Of a DNA stretch of 64,000 nucleotides, positions 47,534 through 59,317 are shown piece after piece. This DNA is from Heterodontus francisci. Its lineage: Eukaryota. The notes under the pieces were generated by a model. That model did not search any database and was not told the origin of the DNA. It worked only from the letters and a program-made list of their open reading frames with translations. The stretch is taken from assembly GCF_036365525.1 (NCBI RefSeq), contig NC_090421.1:7823133-7887132 (forward strand). The letters are read 5' to 3'. How positions within the stretch are numbered: the stretch's first letter is position 1; each line of letters opens with the position of its first letter. The position numbers and the translations under genes are program-made.

Positions 47534-47570
47534 AGTTCCGAAGAAGGGTCACTGACCCGAAACGTTAACT
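47534..47570 (+). ncRNA. Minimal type I hammerhead ribozyme motif in the Penelope arm
   Basis: AGTT-CCGAAGA-A-GGGTC-ACT-GACCC-GAAACGTT-AACT: stem I, CUGANGA-like core (C at U4), stem II, GAAA, ACGU palindrome. Confidence 0.65.
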
Positions 47571-48033
47571 CTGCTTCTCTTTCCACAGATGCTGCCAGAC
47601 CTGCTGAGTGATTCCAGCATTTCTTGTTTTTGTATCTGCTGTCTAATACTGCCAGCTGCTCTCTCCATTTCCATTCATCATGTCCATAGGAGTTGCTCGC
47701 CTATCAAACAGCTCCTTCACAGGGCCCTTTCACGGCCCTTGGAGCCTCCCGGTCCTACACACAACTGATGATCTCGGGGGCTGCTCCCAACAGCCACACC
47801 TTGTCACTGCCGCCAAGTCGCACTCAAGGCAAGATGCAGCTGCTGCTGCTCCGCAAAGGGACAGGTTGTAACCCGTGGCAGAGGGCGGCGGCTGGCTCCT
47901 CCTCTCTATTGCTGTTATCTGACACCCTGACCAAGCTTCCATCCACAGAGCCCATAAAAGCAGCTGAAGCCGCCCTCAGCTGCACCAGCCGTTCAGTTTC
48001 GGACTCTCCGCTCTCTCAAGCAACGTCAACACG

Positions 48034-48456
48034 ATGTCCAGTCAGCAGGTTCGCTATTCCAGCAGCAGCAGCAGCGGAGGCGGCGGCGGCGGCCGCATGA
48101 CAATCAGACAACATTTCGGCGCACCGAGCACCGGCAAAAGCTATGCCATGTCCAGCCGCTTCAGCTCAGGTGGCTTCAGCTCAGGTGGCTTCAGCTCAAG
48201 TGGTGGACTGCAGCGCGCACGAAGTATGATCAGCACTCCACAACTGAGAATGTCAATGTCGACCAAACGAGGCACTTTCCAGAATCGGAGCGGTTTCAGC
48301 TCTGGCTCTTTGTCTCAGGGGCTGTTGCAGGCAACTAGTAATATTGACCTGAACGCCCCTCTCCCCCAAAATGACACCAGCCTGCAAAATGTCCGGGTGC
48401 AGGAGAGCAAACAGATCATGCATCTCAACGACAAGTTTGCCTGTTTCATTGACCAG
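48034..48456 (+). CDS. Gene B copy 2 exon 1
   Basis: 423 bp, in frame. Confidence 0.9.
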
Positions 48457-51400
48457 GTAATTTGAACGATTGTCCAGTCGGTCGTCTTTGTAACCCAGAG
48501 TTTTGTGCCTCTGCTCAATCACTTGCTGTCACTCTGCAAATTGCTCTTCTCGCTTTGCAACCGATTGCGTTCAAATGTAACCGTGCATTCATTTTACACC
48601 GTCAGGTTCGTGCCCTGGAAGAGATCAATAAGAAGCTGGAGATCAAACTGAATCTTCTGAAAGAACAAGGAACTTACAAATCAAACATCGACTCTATGTT
48701 CCAGACTTACATTGATAACCTCAAAAGGCAACTGGATACTCTTGGGCAGGAGAAGCTGAAGTTCGAGGCTGACCTTGTCCAGATGCAGGGTCTGGTTGAG
48801 GACTTTAAGTGCAAGTAAGTGTGTTGCTGCTGAATTTGCGAGGGCATTTCTTCTGATCCCGTATCGTGTCCCAACTGAACAAAGTCCCAGGTTCAGATTA
48901 AGATCATTTTGACCAATTGATCAGGACCCGGCAAAATATCACCGGGCGAAATAATCCGTAGGATGGTCATGTGGACAAAAGTGAAATAGCGAAGATAAAT
49001 GGCTGTACTCGTCACCGTGACAGTAGCCTGTGCTGAGTCAGCTGGTCTCTGCTGGGATACAGCTGTGGTGCCACATTTGGCCTCAGTACCTGTGGAGAAG
49101 GAAACATCAACCAGTGCCCCTGTAGGTGTGGCAATTGAGTCTGGGCGGGAGCCCGAGTGTGTGTTCGTGCTTTGTTAAACTGGGGCTTTAGTGTGGGTGA
49201 TCCATTCTGTTGAAGCGCTAACAGGACTGATGCTTCTCAGAGCAGAGTGTGAACACTTCGGGGATGGTGTATATCTTGTGGAGGGAAACATATGAAGGAT
49301 AGTGCACAATAGAATATAGATAAATAAGGAGTGTGAGGAAAGCGTGGCTTCGCGATGGGAACCTGCATTTACTCAGTGCAAGGGGCTCCGAGCAATAAGT
49401 TAGGGCTGGGCAACCCAGAATTGCTTCCTTCACCATGGAAACGGACAGAAAGGTTTATTAACAGCAAGAGATTAACAGCAAAATAATCTGTTTCATTCCA
49501 GATACGAAGATGAAATTAACAAGCGCACAGAAATGGAAAATGAGTTTGTCTTGGTCAAGAAGGTGAGTATAACCATATATTTCTGTCTGCCGGGCCAGAG
49601 CAAGCGGATCTCTTGGCAGAGTTTCTCAAAGCACTTTGTCCCTCTCCTCTTTAGGATGTCGATGACTCCTACATGAGCAAAGTAGAGCTGGAAGCTAAAC
49701 TGGAAAGCCTCACCGATGAAATCGAATTCCTCAAGTCAATCTTTGAAGAGGTAAAAATGTGACAGGGTCCACCAGTTGGCCTTCTGCTGTTTAATCCAAT
49801 CAAATGTAATCCAATCCAGTTTGAATGCTTCCTATCTCCTTTCAATCTGTTTTTTTTTCTCCCCTTCGCCGTTCTTTAGGAAATCCGTGAGCTGCAGGCA
49901 CAGATTCAGAACACATCTGTCTGCGTGCAACTGGAGAGCAGACCCAACCTGAACGTAGATGACCTGATTGCTCAAGCCAGACATCAGTACCAATTACTCG
50001 CAGACGCCAACCGTGCAGACGCTGAAGCATGGAAACAGACCAAGGTCAGCTCTTTAAGATCCCGATCACCATTTACCACTTGTATTGGTTGGTCTGTAGC
50101 CGACGCTGAAGTGTGAAATCTTTTACTAACCAGTTGCCAATGTTTCATTGCAGATGCAGGAACTGTCCATGTCGTCTGGACAATGCGGTGATGACCTCCG
50201 TGTGGTGAAAAGCCAGATTGTTGAAATGACTAAGTTGATCAGTAGACTGAATGGTGATATCGACGGTCTGAAACAGCGGGTAGGCAAAGAACTGAAACCA
50301 AACAGGATATTGGGACCACCTGAATTAGTGTTGTCAAGGACCTGTCTTGTCTTTCTGGGTCTCTCTTTCTCATTTCCCTCCCCCATCCAAAATAATGGGA
50401 AGAACCAGTTGAAGGATCAGCTCAATCTGGCCTATTTCTGCCAGTCTCAGTCTCTCACTGATGATTCCATTTCGATCCTTGTAAGGAAAAGTTTTGATAT
50501 GAATCCATTGCCAGTCAGTCTGCGGTCCACACCACACCTACTCTTTCCCAATTCACTGACATGAGGGAGAGGCTTTCCCCTTTTGAGTGCTCTTCTGATA
50601 CACAAAATGTCCAGGAAACTAACCATATTAATATTTGTGCTACTTAGCGTGTCAGACTGGAGGCTGACATCCAAGAAGCTGAGGAACGTGGTGAGCTCTC
50701 CCTCAAAGATGCCAGGATTAGGATTGCAGAACTGGAAGCTGCCATCAACAAAGCAAAAAATGACCTGACCCGCCAAGTCCAAGAATACAATCAGCTGCTG
50801 AATGTCAAGGTGTCTCTTGATCTTGAAATTGCCACCTACATGAAACTACTGGAGGGAGAGGAGGACAGGTAAGATGTGGGACAGTTACAGATTCCAGACA
50901 TCACACTGAGCACAGTCCACAGTTTCCTATAGGAGCAGATTACAATCTGTACTTGCAGTTTATTGGTATTGTCATTACCGTAGCTTTGATCTCTGATAAT
51001 GGAATGAAGTGTGGACACTCATGAGTGGCAGGTTACTCTAAATCACTTACTTTGGTTTAAAGGCTGCTTTGTATCTAAGTAGACACAAACATCACACTCC
51101 CTCCCAGGATGAAGCCCTGCATGGTGATTCACTCTTCCTTTTATAGAGATGGTCCAGGAAAGGTCTCCTGATGACTCACTGGGTGAAGACATTGTGGAAC
51201 TGAGCCACATTGACCAGAAGTTCCACCAGGCCAGCAGTTGGGGTGTACAGTTGGGCGGTGTGCCCCAAGCAAGGGAGGGTAAAAGCAACCCAAGATCCTG
51301 TTCCTGATTGCCGGACAGTGAAGGTGCAGATCTTCCTTCCCCATGGCCAAATAGCCTGCTGGCATTTGCTGTCTGTGCTCACATGTGAAGAATGGGCACT

Positions 51401-53795
51401 TTGGGTGAGGGCCTGGAGGTTGACTGTACCCATGGAACTGCTCCACAGTTGTTGTCAGTGTCCTTGCGACAGGGAGAAAATTGGTAAACTAGAGGTAAAT
51501 CTGACTGTGAATGTAATGCAAATACCTGCTGTAATGTGAAGATGTTTCCTTTATCAACAGAATGGCATCTGGGATAAAAACCCTCAACATCCAGCAAGTA
51601 CAGAACCAAGGTAAAAGAACTTCTAATTCCTAGTTTGAGATCATAATTCCTGGAGGAAAACCTAGACATCGAAAAGAAAAATGGGAAATTCTGGAAATAC
51701 ATCGTAGGTTCATCATCAGCTGAAATGAAAGGAGACAGGTTGTCATTTTAGGTTTCGACCCGAGGTCACTGTGTATGTGTTCTGAAGAAGGGCCTACAGT
51801 GCTCCTCAAAACTTAAGCTCTCTTTGTTCTGTTTTCAGAGGCTGATGGACCTGCTGTGCATTTCCAGCATTTCAGTTGTCATTTCAGTCAATCATAATTG
51901 TAAATAATGTCTCTGTGTTTAATAATGAGAGCAATAGTTGTCGAATATAAGGACAAGATGTAATTACTTCTAGTACTGCTGACTACCCAACTTGCCTTCC
52001 TGGCCACCATGCTGGCTGATAAGGTTTAATGATTCCTTCTCCTCTGGCACTGTCCCCCTCCCGTTCAAATCAGCCATCATCACCCTCCACCTCAAAAAAC
52101 CCACATTTCATCCTCTGTCCTTGCAAACTGCCGCCCATCTCCAACTTTCCTTTCCTCGTCAAAGTCTTTGAATGTGTTGTTGCCTCCCAAATACGTGCAA
52201 CTCCATGCTTGAACCTCTTCAGTCAGGTTTCTGCCCTGGCCACAGCACTGCAGCAGCCCTTATCAAAGTCACAAATGACATCCTACGTAGTAAACTATCT
52301 CTCCTCATTCTTCACTACCTGTCTGCAACCATAGATATGGCTGACTGCTCCATTGTTCTCCATTGCCCCTTCTGCTTGGTACAGCTGGGTGGGACTGCCC
52401 TTGCCTGATTCCATTGCTGTCTGTCCAGTCATAGCCAGAGAATTTCCTACAATGGCTTCTTTTCCTGCTCCCGCATTGTTAACTCTGGAGTCCCCAAGGA
52501 TAGATTCTTACTCCAATCCTATTTCTCATTCACAGGCTGTCTCACGACGATATCATCCAAAAATGTAACATCAGATTCCATATGTATGCTGATGACACCC
52601 AGCTGGACCTCATTACCACTTTTGGCCCCTCCACTGCTTCTGCTTTGTCATCCTGCTTGTCCAAAATCCAGTTTTGGATAAGCAGAAATTTCCTCCAATG
52701 CAACATTGGGATGACCAAAGCCATTGTCTTTGGTCTCCATCACAAATGCCATTCACTAACTACCAACTGCACCCCTCCCTGGCCATTGTCTGTGGCTGAA
52801 CCTGTTGGCAACCTTGGTATCATATTTGACCCTGAGCTGTGCTTCTGAACCCAAAGCCACTCCATCACCAAGACCACCCACTTCCACCTCCGTAACATCC
52901 TCTGTCTCCGCGACTACCTCAGCCCATCGAATGCTGAAAGCCACATTTCATGATTTGTTAGCCCCAGACTCAACTACTCCAATTACTCTTGGCTGGCCTC
53001 CCACCTCCCACCCTCATAAATTTCAGCTCATCCAAAATTCTGTTCCCGTAGCTTAACATACATCAAGTCCTGCTGACCTTTTGTGCTCAATGACCTACCT
53101 TGGCTCCCAATCTGGCAATGCCTCGAATTGATAATTCTCATCTTTATGTTCACATTCCTCCCTGGCATCGCCCCTCTCTATCTCTGTAACTTCCTCCAGC
53201 TCTACAATCCTCTGTGAGATCTCTGCACTCCTCCATTTCTGTCCTCTTGTGCATCACCGATTTCCATCATCCCACCATTGGCGGCCATGCTTTCAACTAC
53301 CACGTCCGTAAGTTTAGGAATTCCCTCCATAAACCTCTCTGCCTCTCTACCTCCCTGTCTCCTCCTTTAAGACTTCTGTGTTTGAGCAAGCTTTTGTCCA
53401 AATATATTCTTTACGTGGTTGGGTGTCCAATTTTTATTTGATAAAGCTACTGTGAAGCACCTTGGAATGTTTTGTGAAGTTAAAGGTGCTATATAAATGC
53501 AAATTGTTTCTCTTGTTGTACTATGTTCTTATAATCTAGGTTCCTACAATTAAAAGAGTGTATTTTTTCCCCTTTTACAGCTAATGTTCAGCAGTTTAGT
53601 GGAATGAGTGGGGGTTTGTCTGGATATGTCCAAGGCATGAGCAACAGCAGTGGGTACGGCAACTTGGAAACCTCTGTACTCAGTTCAGGAGGCTCTGCTT
53701 TCAGTGGCGGCATGGGTGGCGGCGGAGGTAGCAGCAAAACTGTGATTGTGAAATCAGTGCAACAAACCAGTGGTGGATATAAAAGTTCATCTTGA
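48034..53795 (+). CDS. Type II keratin gene B copy 2, complete, 521 aa: join(48034..48456,48606..48814,49502..49562,49655..49750,49880..50044,50154..50279,50648..50868,51561..51610,53581..53795)
   Basis: Matches copy 1 at offset +16596 after the head repeat; exon 1 is 9 bp shorter; splice sites intact. Confidence 0.93.
48606..48814 (+). CDS. Gene B copy 2 exon 2
   Basis: Same as copy 1 exon 2. Confidence 0.92.
49502..49562 (+). CDS. Gene B copy 2 exon 3
   Basis: Same as copy 1 exon 3. Confidence 0.92.
49655..49750 (+). CDS. Gene B copy 2 exon 4
   Basis: Same as copy 1 exon 4. Confidence 0.92.
49880..50044 (+). CDS. Gene B copy 2 exon 5
   Basis: Same as copy 1 exon 5. Confidence 0.92.
50154..50279 (+). 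CDS. Gene B copy 2 exon 6
   Basis: Same as copy 1 exon 6. Confidence 0.91.
50648..50868 (+). CDS. Gene B copy 2 exon 7
   Basis: Same as copy 1 exon 7. Confidence 0.92.
51561..51610 (+). CDS. Gene B copy 2 exon 8
   Basis: Same as copy 1 exon 8. Confidence 0.85.
53581..53795 (+). CDS. Gene B copy 2 exon 9
   Basis: Same as copy 1 exon 9. Confidence 0.9.
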
Positions 53796-56700
53796 ATCAA
53801 CAAGGAATAAACTAATGCCAGCAGTGTCTCTTACCAGTGCAGTGATGAGCTCATTGTCAGAGGCTGTCTTTCCTATACGTACTATGTTTAGTGCAGTGGT
53901 TAACACGTTTGGATTAACTTCATGTCTGCTATTTAGAACACCTTCATTAACCTGTTTTACTTCACATAGTTAAATGACATGAAATTAACATTGACTTCTT
54001 AACCAGTGCACAGGGGAAATTCAACCTAGTAAAGGCCAATATTTTGGGTTTGTGGGAAAAGCGGTTAAGAAACTCACATTTTATTTGTTGGTCCCTTTTA
54101 AAATGGGAAATAAACCAAAGTTTTCGGTGCTGAACTCTGTTTCAAGATTCTGTATCATTTTGTATTGGGGATTTATCTTCTTTGACATTCCTGTTATGGT
54201 GAATAAACTTCTGAACTACAAATATGGACTGCTCTTTGCTTAAGCACAATATTAACTTGCTGAAAAGAACAAGTTTCATACACTCTTGTGAAATTTAACA
54301 ACTTTGAAATATTTGAACATAAAGTTTGGAGCAATGTTATGAAACATAGAAAGACTACTTTGTGTATTCCATAGCAAAAACACACCAGACTGTCACTGAA
54401 ACCATTCAGTGCACTAATATAGATACAGCAAAGTTTAACAACAATCCAACTCCAACCTTTTTCTCCTCCACAATGATATAACTTCTCCCATCAGTTGAGA
54501 AAACCAGCTTTGGGCACATGATTTTTTTTTAAATCTCCCGATCTGGTCACAACGGAACCTGTGTATCTAAAATGCAGGCCACCTCATTTGTATGCGATAG
54601 CGAGAGATGCGTTGGGTTAGAACACTTGCCCTCGGGTCTGTGTTCAAATACAGTGCAGTGCGATCGAGGAAAGTATCCCTATCTACTGACTGTAAGTGTT
54701 GTACATGAAATGATTTTGTGCAGTTAGTATAGGCCTACAGTACAAAGTGCTGACTAATTTGTAGTAACAAGCACTCAGTAAGCAGCCTCGCTAAGACAGG
54801 CCACAGGATAGCTCGTGTGGGGAATGGAGAAATATCACACTGATGTAGTAATGCCATAGGGACTGAGGCATATTCTTGGAGCAGAGGAGAGGAGCTCTAC
54901 TCTGTATTAAGCCATGCTTCGAAAAGGCAACTGGGCATATTTGATGTCGACTATTCTAAAGAACCTTAGTTACTCAGATAGGTGTAATAAGCCAGGTCTA
55001 TTTACATTCGAGCAGTGTAGATACAGAGGAGACCAGGTCGAACTTTATAAAGTAATGTAAGTTGCTGGATAGTGTGTCTGCTGATAGACTATTCCAGTTT
55101 AACAGATTATGGAGTACCAGGGGACATGGGTTTAAACTACACAATAGTAGCAACAGACTGGATGTTGGGCAGCTCTTCTTATCGTCCTCATATTCCTCTG
55201 GAATATGTTGCTGGCTTGTGTGGTGTCCTCTGACCCTGCACACTTCAAGAGGGAGCTGGACCAGTTCTTGACTGGGGCAGAGATTGCATCATCTAGAAGG
55301 TCAGTGGCATCATAGGCAACACTTGGTGCATGTGATCTCCTGGACTGGTTCTGATCACCTGAGCGGGTTGGGGAGGAACTTTCCGGAGCATTTCTTCCCT
55401 TACGGGCCCTGGGGTTTTCTCCCTTACTTTGCCATTTTGCCTCTCCAGGAAATTACATGGCTAAGATTACAAACGAGCAGTTTGCTTGGAATAGGAATAT
55501 TCCTTCTAGGAATTGTCCATGTATAATGTGGCAAAACCATCCCTGAATCCCCCATCATCAACATCCTGGGTGTCACCATTGACCAGAAACTTAGCTGCAT
55601 CAGCCACATAAATACTGTGGTTAAAAAAGGTCAGAGGCTGACTATTCTGTGGCAAATGACTCAACACTTTCCACCATCAACAAGGGATGGGTCAGGAGTC
55701 TGATGGAATATTCTCCAATTACTTGGATGAGTGCAGATCCAACAGTACTCAAGATGCTCAATACGATCCAGGACAAAGCAGCCCGCTTGATCAGCACCCC
55801 ATCCACCAACTTAAACATTCACTCCCTCCACCACCGGTGCACAGTGGCAGCAGTTTGTACCATCTACAAGATGCACTGCAGCAACTCACCAAGGCTCCTT
55901 CGACAGCACCTTCCAAACCCGTGACCTCAACCACCTAAAAGGACAAGGGCAGCAGCACCTGTAATTTCCCCTCCAAATCACACACCATACTGACTTGGAA
56001 ATATATCGCTGTTCCTTCACTGTGGCTGGATAAAAATCCTGGAACTCCCTCCCTAACAGCATTGTGGGTGTACCTACCCCACATGAACTGCAGCGGTTCA
56101 AGAAGGCAGCTCACCATCACCTTCTCAAGTGCAATTAGGGATGGGCAATAAATGCTGGCATTGCCAGCAAATCCCACACCTCATGAACGAATAAACCAAA
56201 AAATGGATACTCTTTTCCATTTAAATCCTTTTTTTAAAGAGCTATTTATTCCCCAAATTTAGCAATCTTCCAGTTACCACAGGCTGACAAAAACGCAGCA
56301 GGGATCCTCCTGAGTTTCCACAGTAAACCAGCTGGTGGAGCCCTTGCGACATAGCACTCAGGCAATTTGATTGCTCTGGCAAGTGGAGTCTTTCAATCAG
56401 CTCCCACACTGTGCTGCTGTCTGCATTCTGTCTACCCCAAAGAGTGCAAAAAACACTTTCATGCTCAAACACTTTGGGCGAGGGAACTCTGCTACAAACA
56501 ATAACTTGCATTTATCTCGCGCCTTTAACTAAAACGTCCCCATGAGCTTCACAAGAGGATAGTCAGGTATCATTTGACACTGAGCTATATAAAGAGACTT
56601 GAGGAGAGGTGAGCAGAAGCTTCGTGAAAGAGAACGCTTTGAAGGAAACATAGAAAATAGGAGCAGGAGTAGGCCATTCGGCCCTTCGGGCCTGCTCCGC

Positions 56701-59280
56701 CATTCAAAAAAGATCATGGCTTACCGTCTAATTCAGTACCCTGTTCCCGCTTTCTCCCCATATCCCTTGATCCCTTTGACATTAAGAAATATATCCATCT
56801 CCTTCTTGAATATATTTAATGACGGCCTCCACTGCCTTCTGCGGTAGAGAATTCCACAGGTTCACCACCCTCCGAGTGAAGACATTTCTCCTCATCTCGG
56901 TTCTAAATGGCATAGCCCACATCCTGAGACTGTGACCCCTGGTTCTGGACTCCCCATCCTCCCTGCATCTCGCCTGTCTAGTCCTGTTCCAATTTTATAG
57001 GTTTCTATGAGATCCCCTCTCGTTCTTCTAAACTCTAGTGAATATAGCCCAATCTCTCCTCATACATCAATCCTGCCATTCCAGGAATCAGCCTAGTAAA
57101 TCTTCTTTGTACTCCCTCCATAGCAAGAACATCCTTCCTCAGATAAGGAGACCAAAACTGCACACAATACTCCAGATGTGGTCTCACCAATGCCCTGTAT
57201 AACTGCAGTAAGACATCCTTGCTCCTGTACTCAAATCTTCTTGCAATGAAGGCCAATATACCACTCGCCTTCCTAACTGCTTGCTGCACCTGAATGCTTG
57301 CTTTCAGCGACTGGTGTACAAGGGCACCCAGGCCTCGTTGCACCTCCCCCTTTCCCAATCTATCACCATTCAGATAATAATCTGCCTTTCTGTTTTTACA
57401 ACCAAAGTGGATAACCTCACATTTATCCACGTTATACTGCATCTGCAATGCATTTGCCCACTCAGCCAACTTGTCCAGATCACATTGGAGCCTCTTAGCA
57501 TCCTGTTCACAGCTCACATTCCACCCCCTCACTCCCTTCCCCCCCCACCACCCCAGCTTTGTGTTGTCTGCAAACTTGGAAATGTTACTTTTACTTTTCT
57601 CACCCAAGTCATTAATATATATTGTGAATAGCTGGGGCCCAAGCACTGATCCCTGCGGTACCCCACTAGTCACTGCCTGCCACCCGGAAAAAGACCTGTT
57701 TATTCCTACTCTGTTTCCTGTCCGTCAACCAATTCTCAATCCATGCCAGTACATTACCCCCAATCCCATGTGCTTTAATTTTGCACACTAACCCCTTATA
57801 TGGGACCTATCAAAAGCCTTCTGAAAATCCAAATACACCACATCCACTGGTTCTCCCTTATCTATTCTACTAATTTATTTTGTTTCTTTTGGCCTCCTTA
57901 TCTCGAGAGACAATGGATAAGCGCCTGGAGGTGGTCAGTGATTTGTGAAGCAGCGCCTCGAGTGGCTATAAAGGCCAATTCTAGAGTGCCAGGCTCTTCC
58001 ACAGGTGCTGCAGAGAAATTGTTTGCCGGGGCTGTTACACAGTTGGCTCTCCCCTTGCGCTTTTGTCTTTTTTCCCGCCAACTGCTAAGTCTCTTCGACT
58101 CGCCACACTTTAGCCCCGCCTTTATGGCTGCCCACCAGCTCTGGCGAACGCTGCCAACTGACTCCCACGACTTGTGATCAATGTCACAGGACTTCATGTC
58201 GCGTTTGCAGACGTCTTTAAAGCGGAGACATGGACGACCGGTGGGTCTGATACCAGTGGCGAGCTCGCTGTACAATGTGTCCTTGGGGATCCTGCCATCT
58301 TCCATGCGGCTCACATGGCCAAGCCATCCCAAGCACCGCTGACTCAGTAGTGTGTATAAGCTGGGGATGTTGGCCGCCTCGAGGACTTCTGTGTTGGAGA
58401 TACGGTCCTGCCACCTGATTCCATCTTCACTGCCTCCGGAGAATACTTGGCATCAGGTGAGTTGAACAGGGGTTTTTAGTATTTTAACATTGAGATAGGT
58501 GTTCAGGGACCGAGAGCCAATGTGAATCAGTGAGCACAGGGTGAATGAGTGAATGGAACTTGCTGCGAGTTGGGATCGGGGCAGCAGACTGTTGGATGAG
58601 CTCAAGTTTGTGAAGGCTGGAAAGTGGGAGGCCAGTTAGCAGAGAATTCAAATAGTCAAGAGCGAACAAAAGTATGGCTGATGGTTTCAGCAGCAGCAGC
58701 AGCAGTTGTCCAAAGGGCTGAGACGGGTGATAATCCGGAGGCGATGGAATGGCAAGATCCCAGTGATGAAGTAGCTGCACACTCTTTGCCCTCGCTCACA
58801 CAGTCTCGCTGTGCTGTTCTGCACTGAATTCTCGAGATGCATTGGGTTTTAGAGCTGGTCGGGAACAAGTGACATTTCTGCTGGCCCGGGTATGTGAGCT
58901 GTAAGCTGCCAAAACAGACAATCCCAGAAACAGCCGACGCAGGGGTGAGCGAGATTGGAGCTCAGATAATCCCTCCTCCATCAGGATTTAACGCTTTATT
59001 TACAACAGGCAGCTACCAACAGCGAATAGGCGACTTCAACATCTGCAAATTTGTTTAGGCTCAAAGAGCAAGCGAGCCATTCGCAAACTGTGCAGATACA
59101 TCAATAAAAGTTCATCCAGCCCACTCCCCAAGACACATTTAAAGCCACGGAATTGACCCTCAGTAATGGACTATCTGCTGTCTAAAAGCAAAATACTGCG
59201 GATGCTGGAAATCTGAAACAAAAACAAGAAATGCTGGAATCACTCAGCAGGTCTGGCAGCATCTGTGGAAAGAGAAGCAG

Positions 59281-59317
59281 AGTTAACGTTTCGGGTCAGT
59301 GACCCTTCTTCGGAACT
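59281..59317 (-). ncRNA. Minimal hammerhead ribozyme motif (unit 2, left arm)
   Basis: Exact reverse complement of the right-arm motif. Confidence 0.62.

Larger units (their letters stand above)
45639..47632 (-). mobile_element. Penelope-like retroelement (Neptune-type), 5'-truncated, with inverted terminal copy and 14-bp TSD
   Basis: Minus strand encodes RT thumb (IHYKPTDSHSYLDYTSSHP), Cys linker (PCNRRRCNTCP) and GIY-YIG endonuclease (VVYCIRCSQCGLLYIGETKR). Arms 45671-46278 and 47023-47633 are inverted. TSD TATCTGCTGTCTAA at 45625 and 47633. Confidence 0.9.
31190..47794 (+). repeat. Tandem segmental unit 1 (16605 bp, including the 3046-bp internal duplication)
   Basis: Identity with the next unit starts at CACACCTTGTCACTG (31190 = 47795 = 61342). 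Confidence 0.93.
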
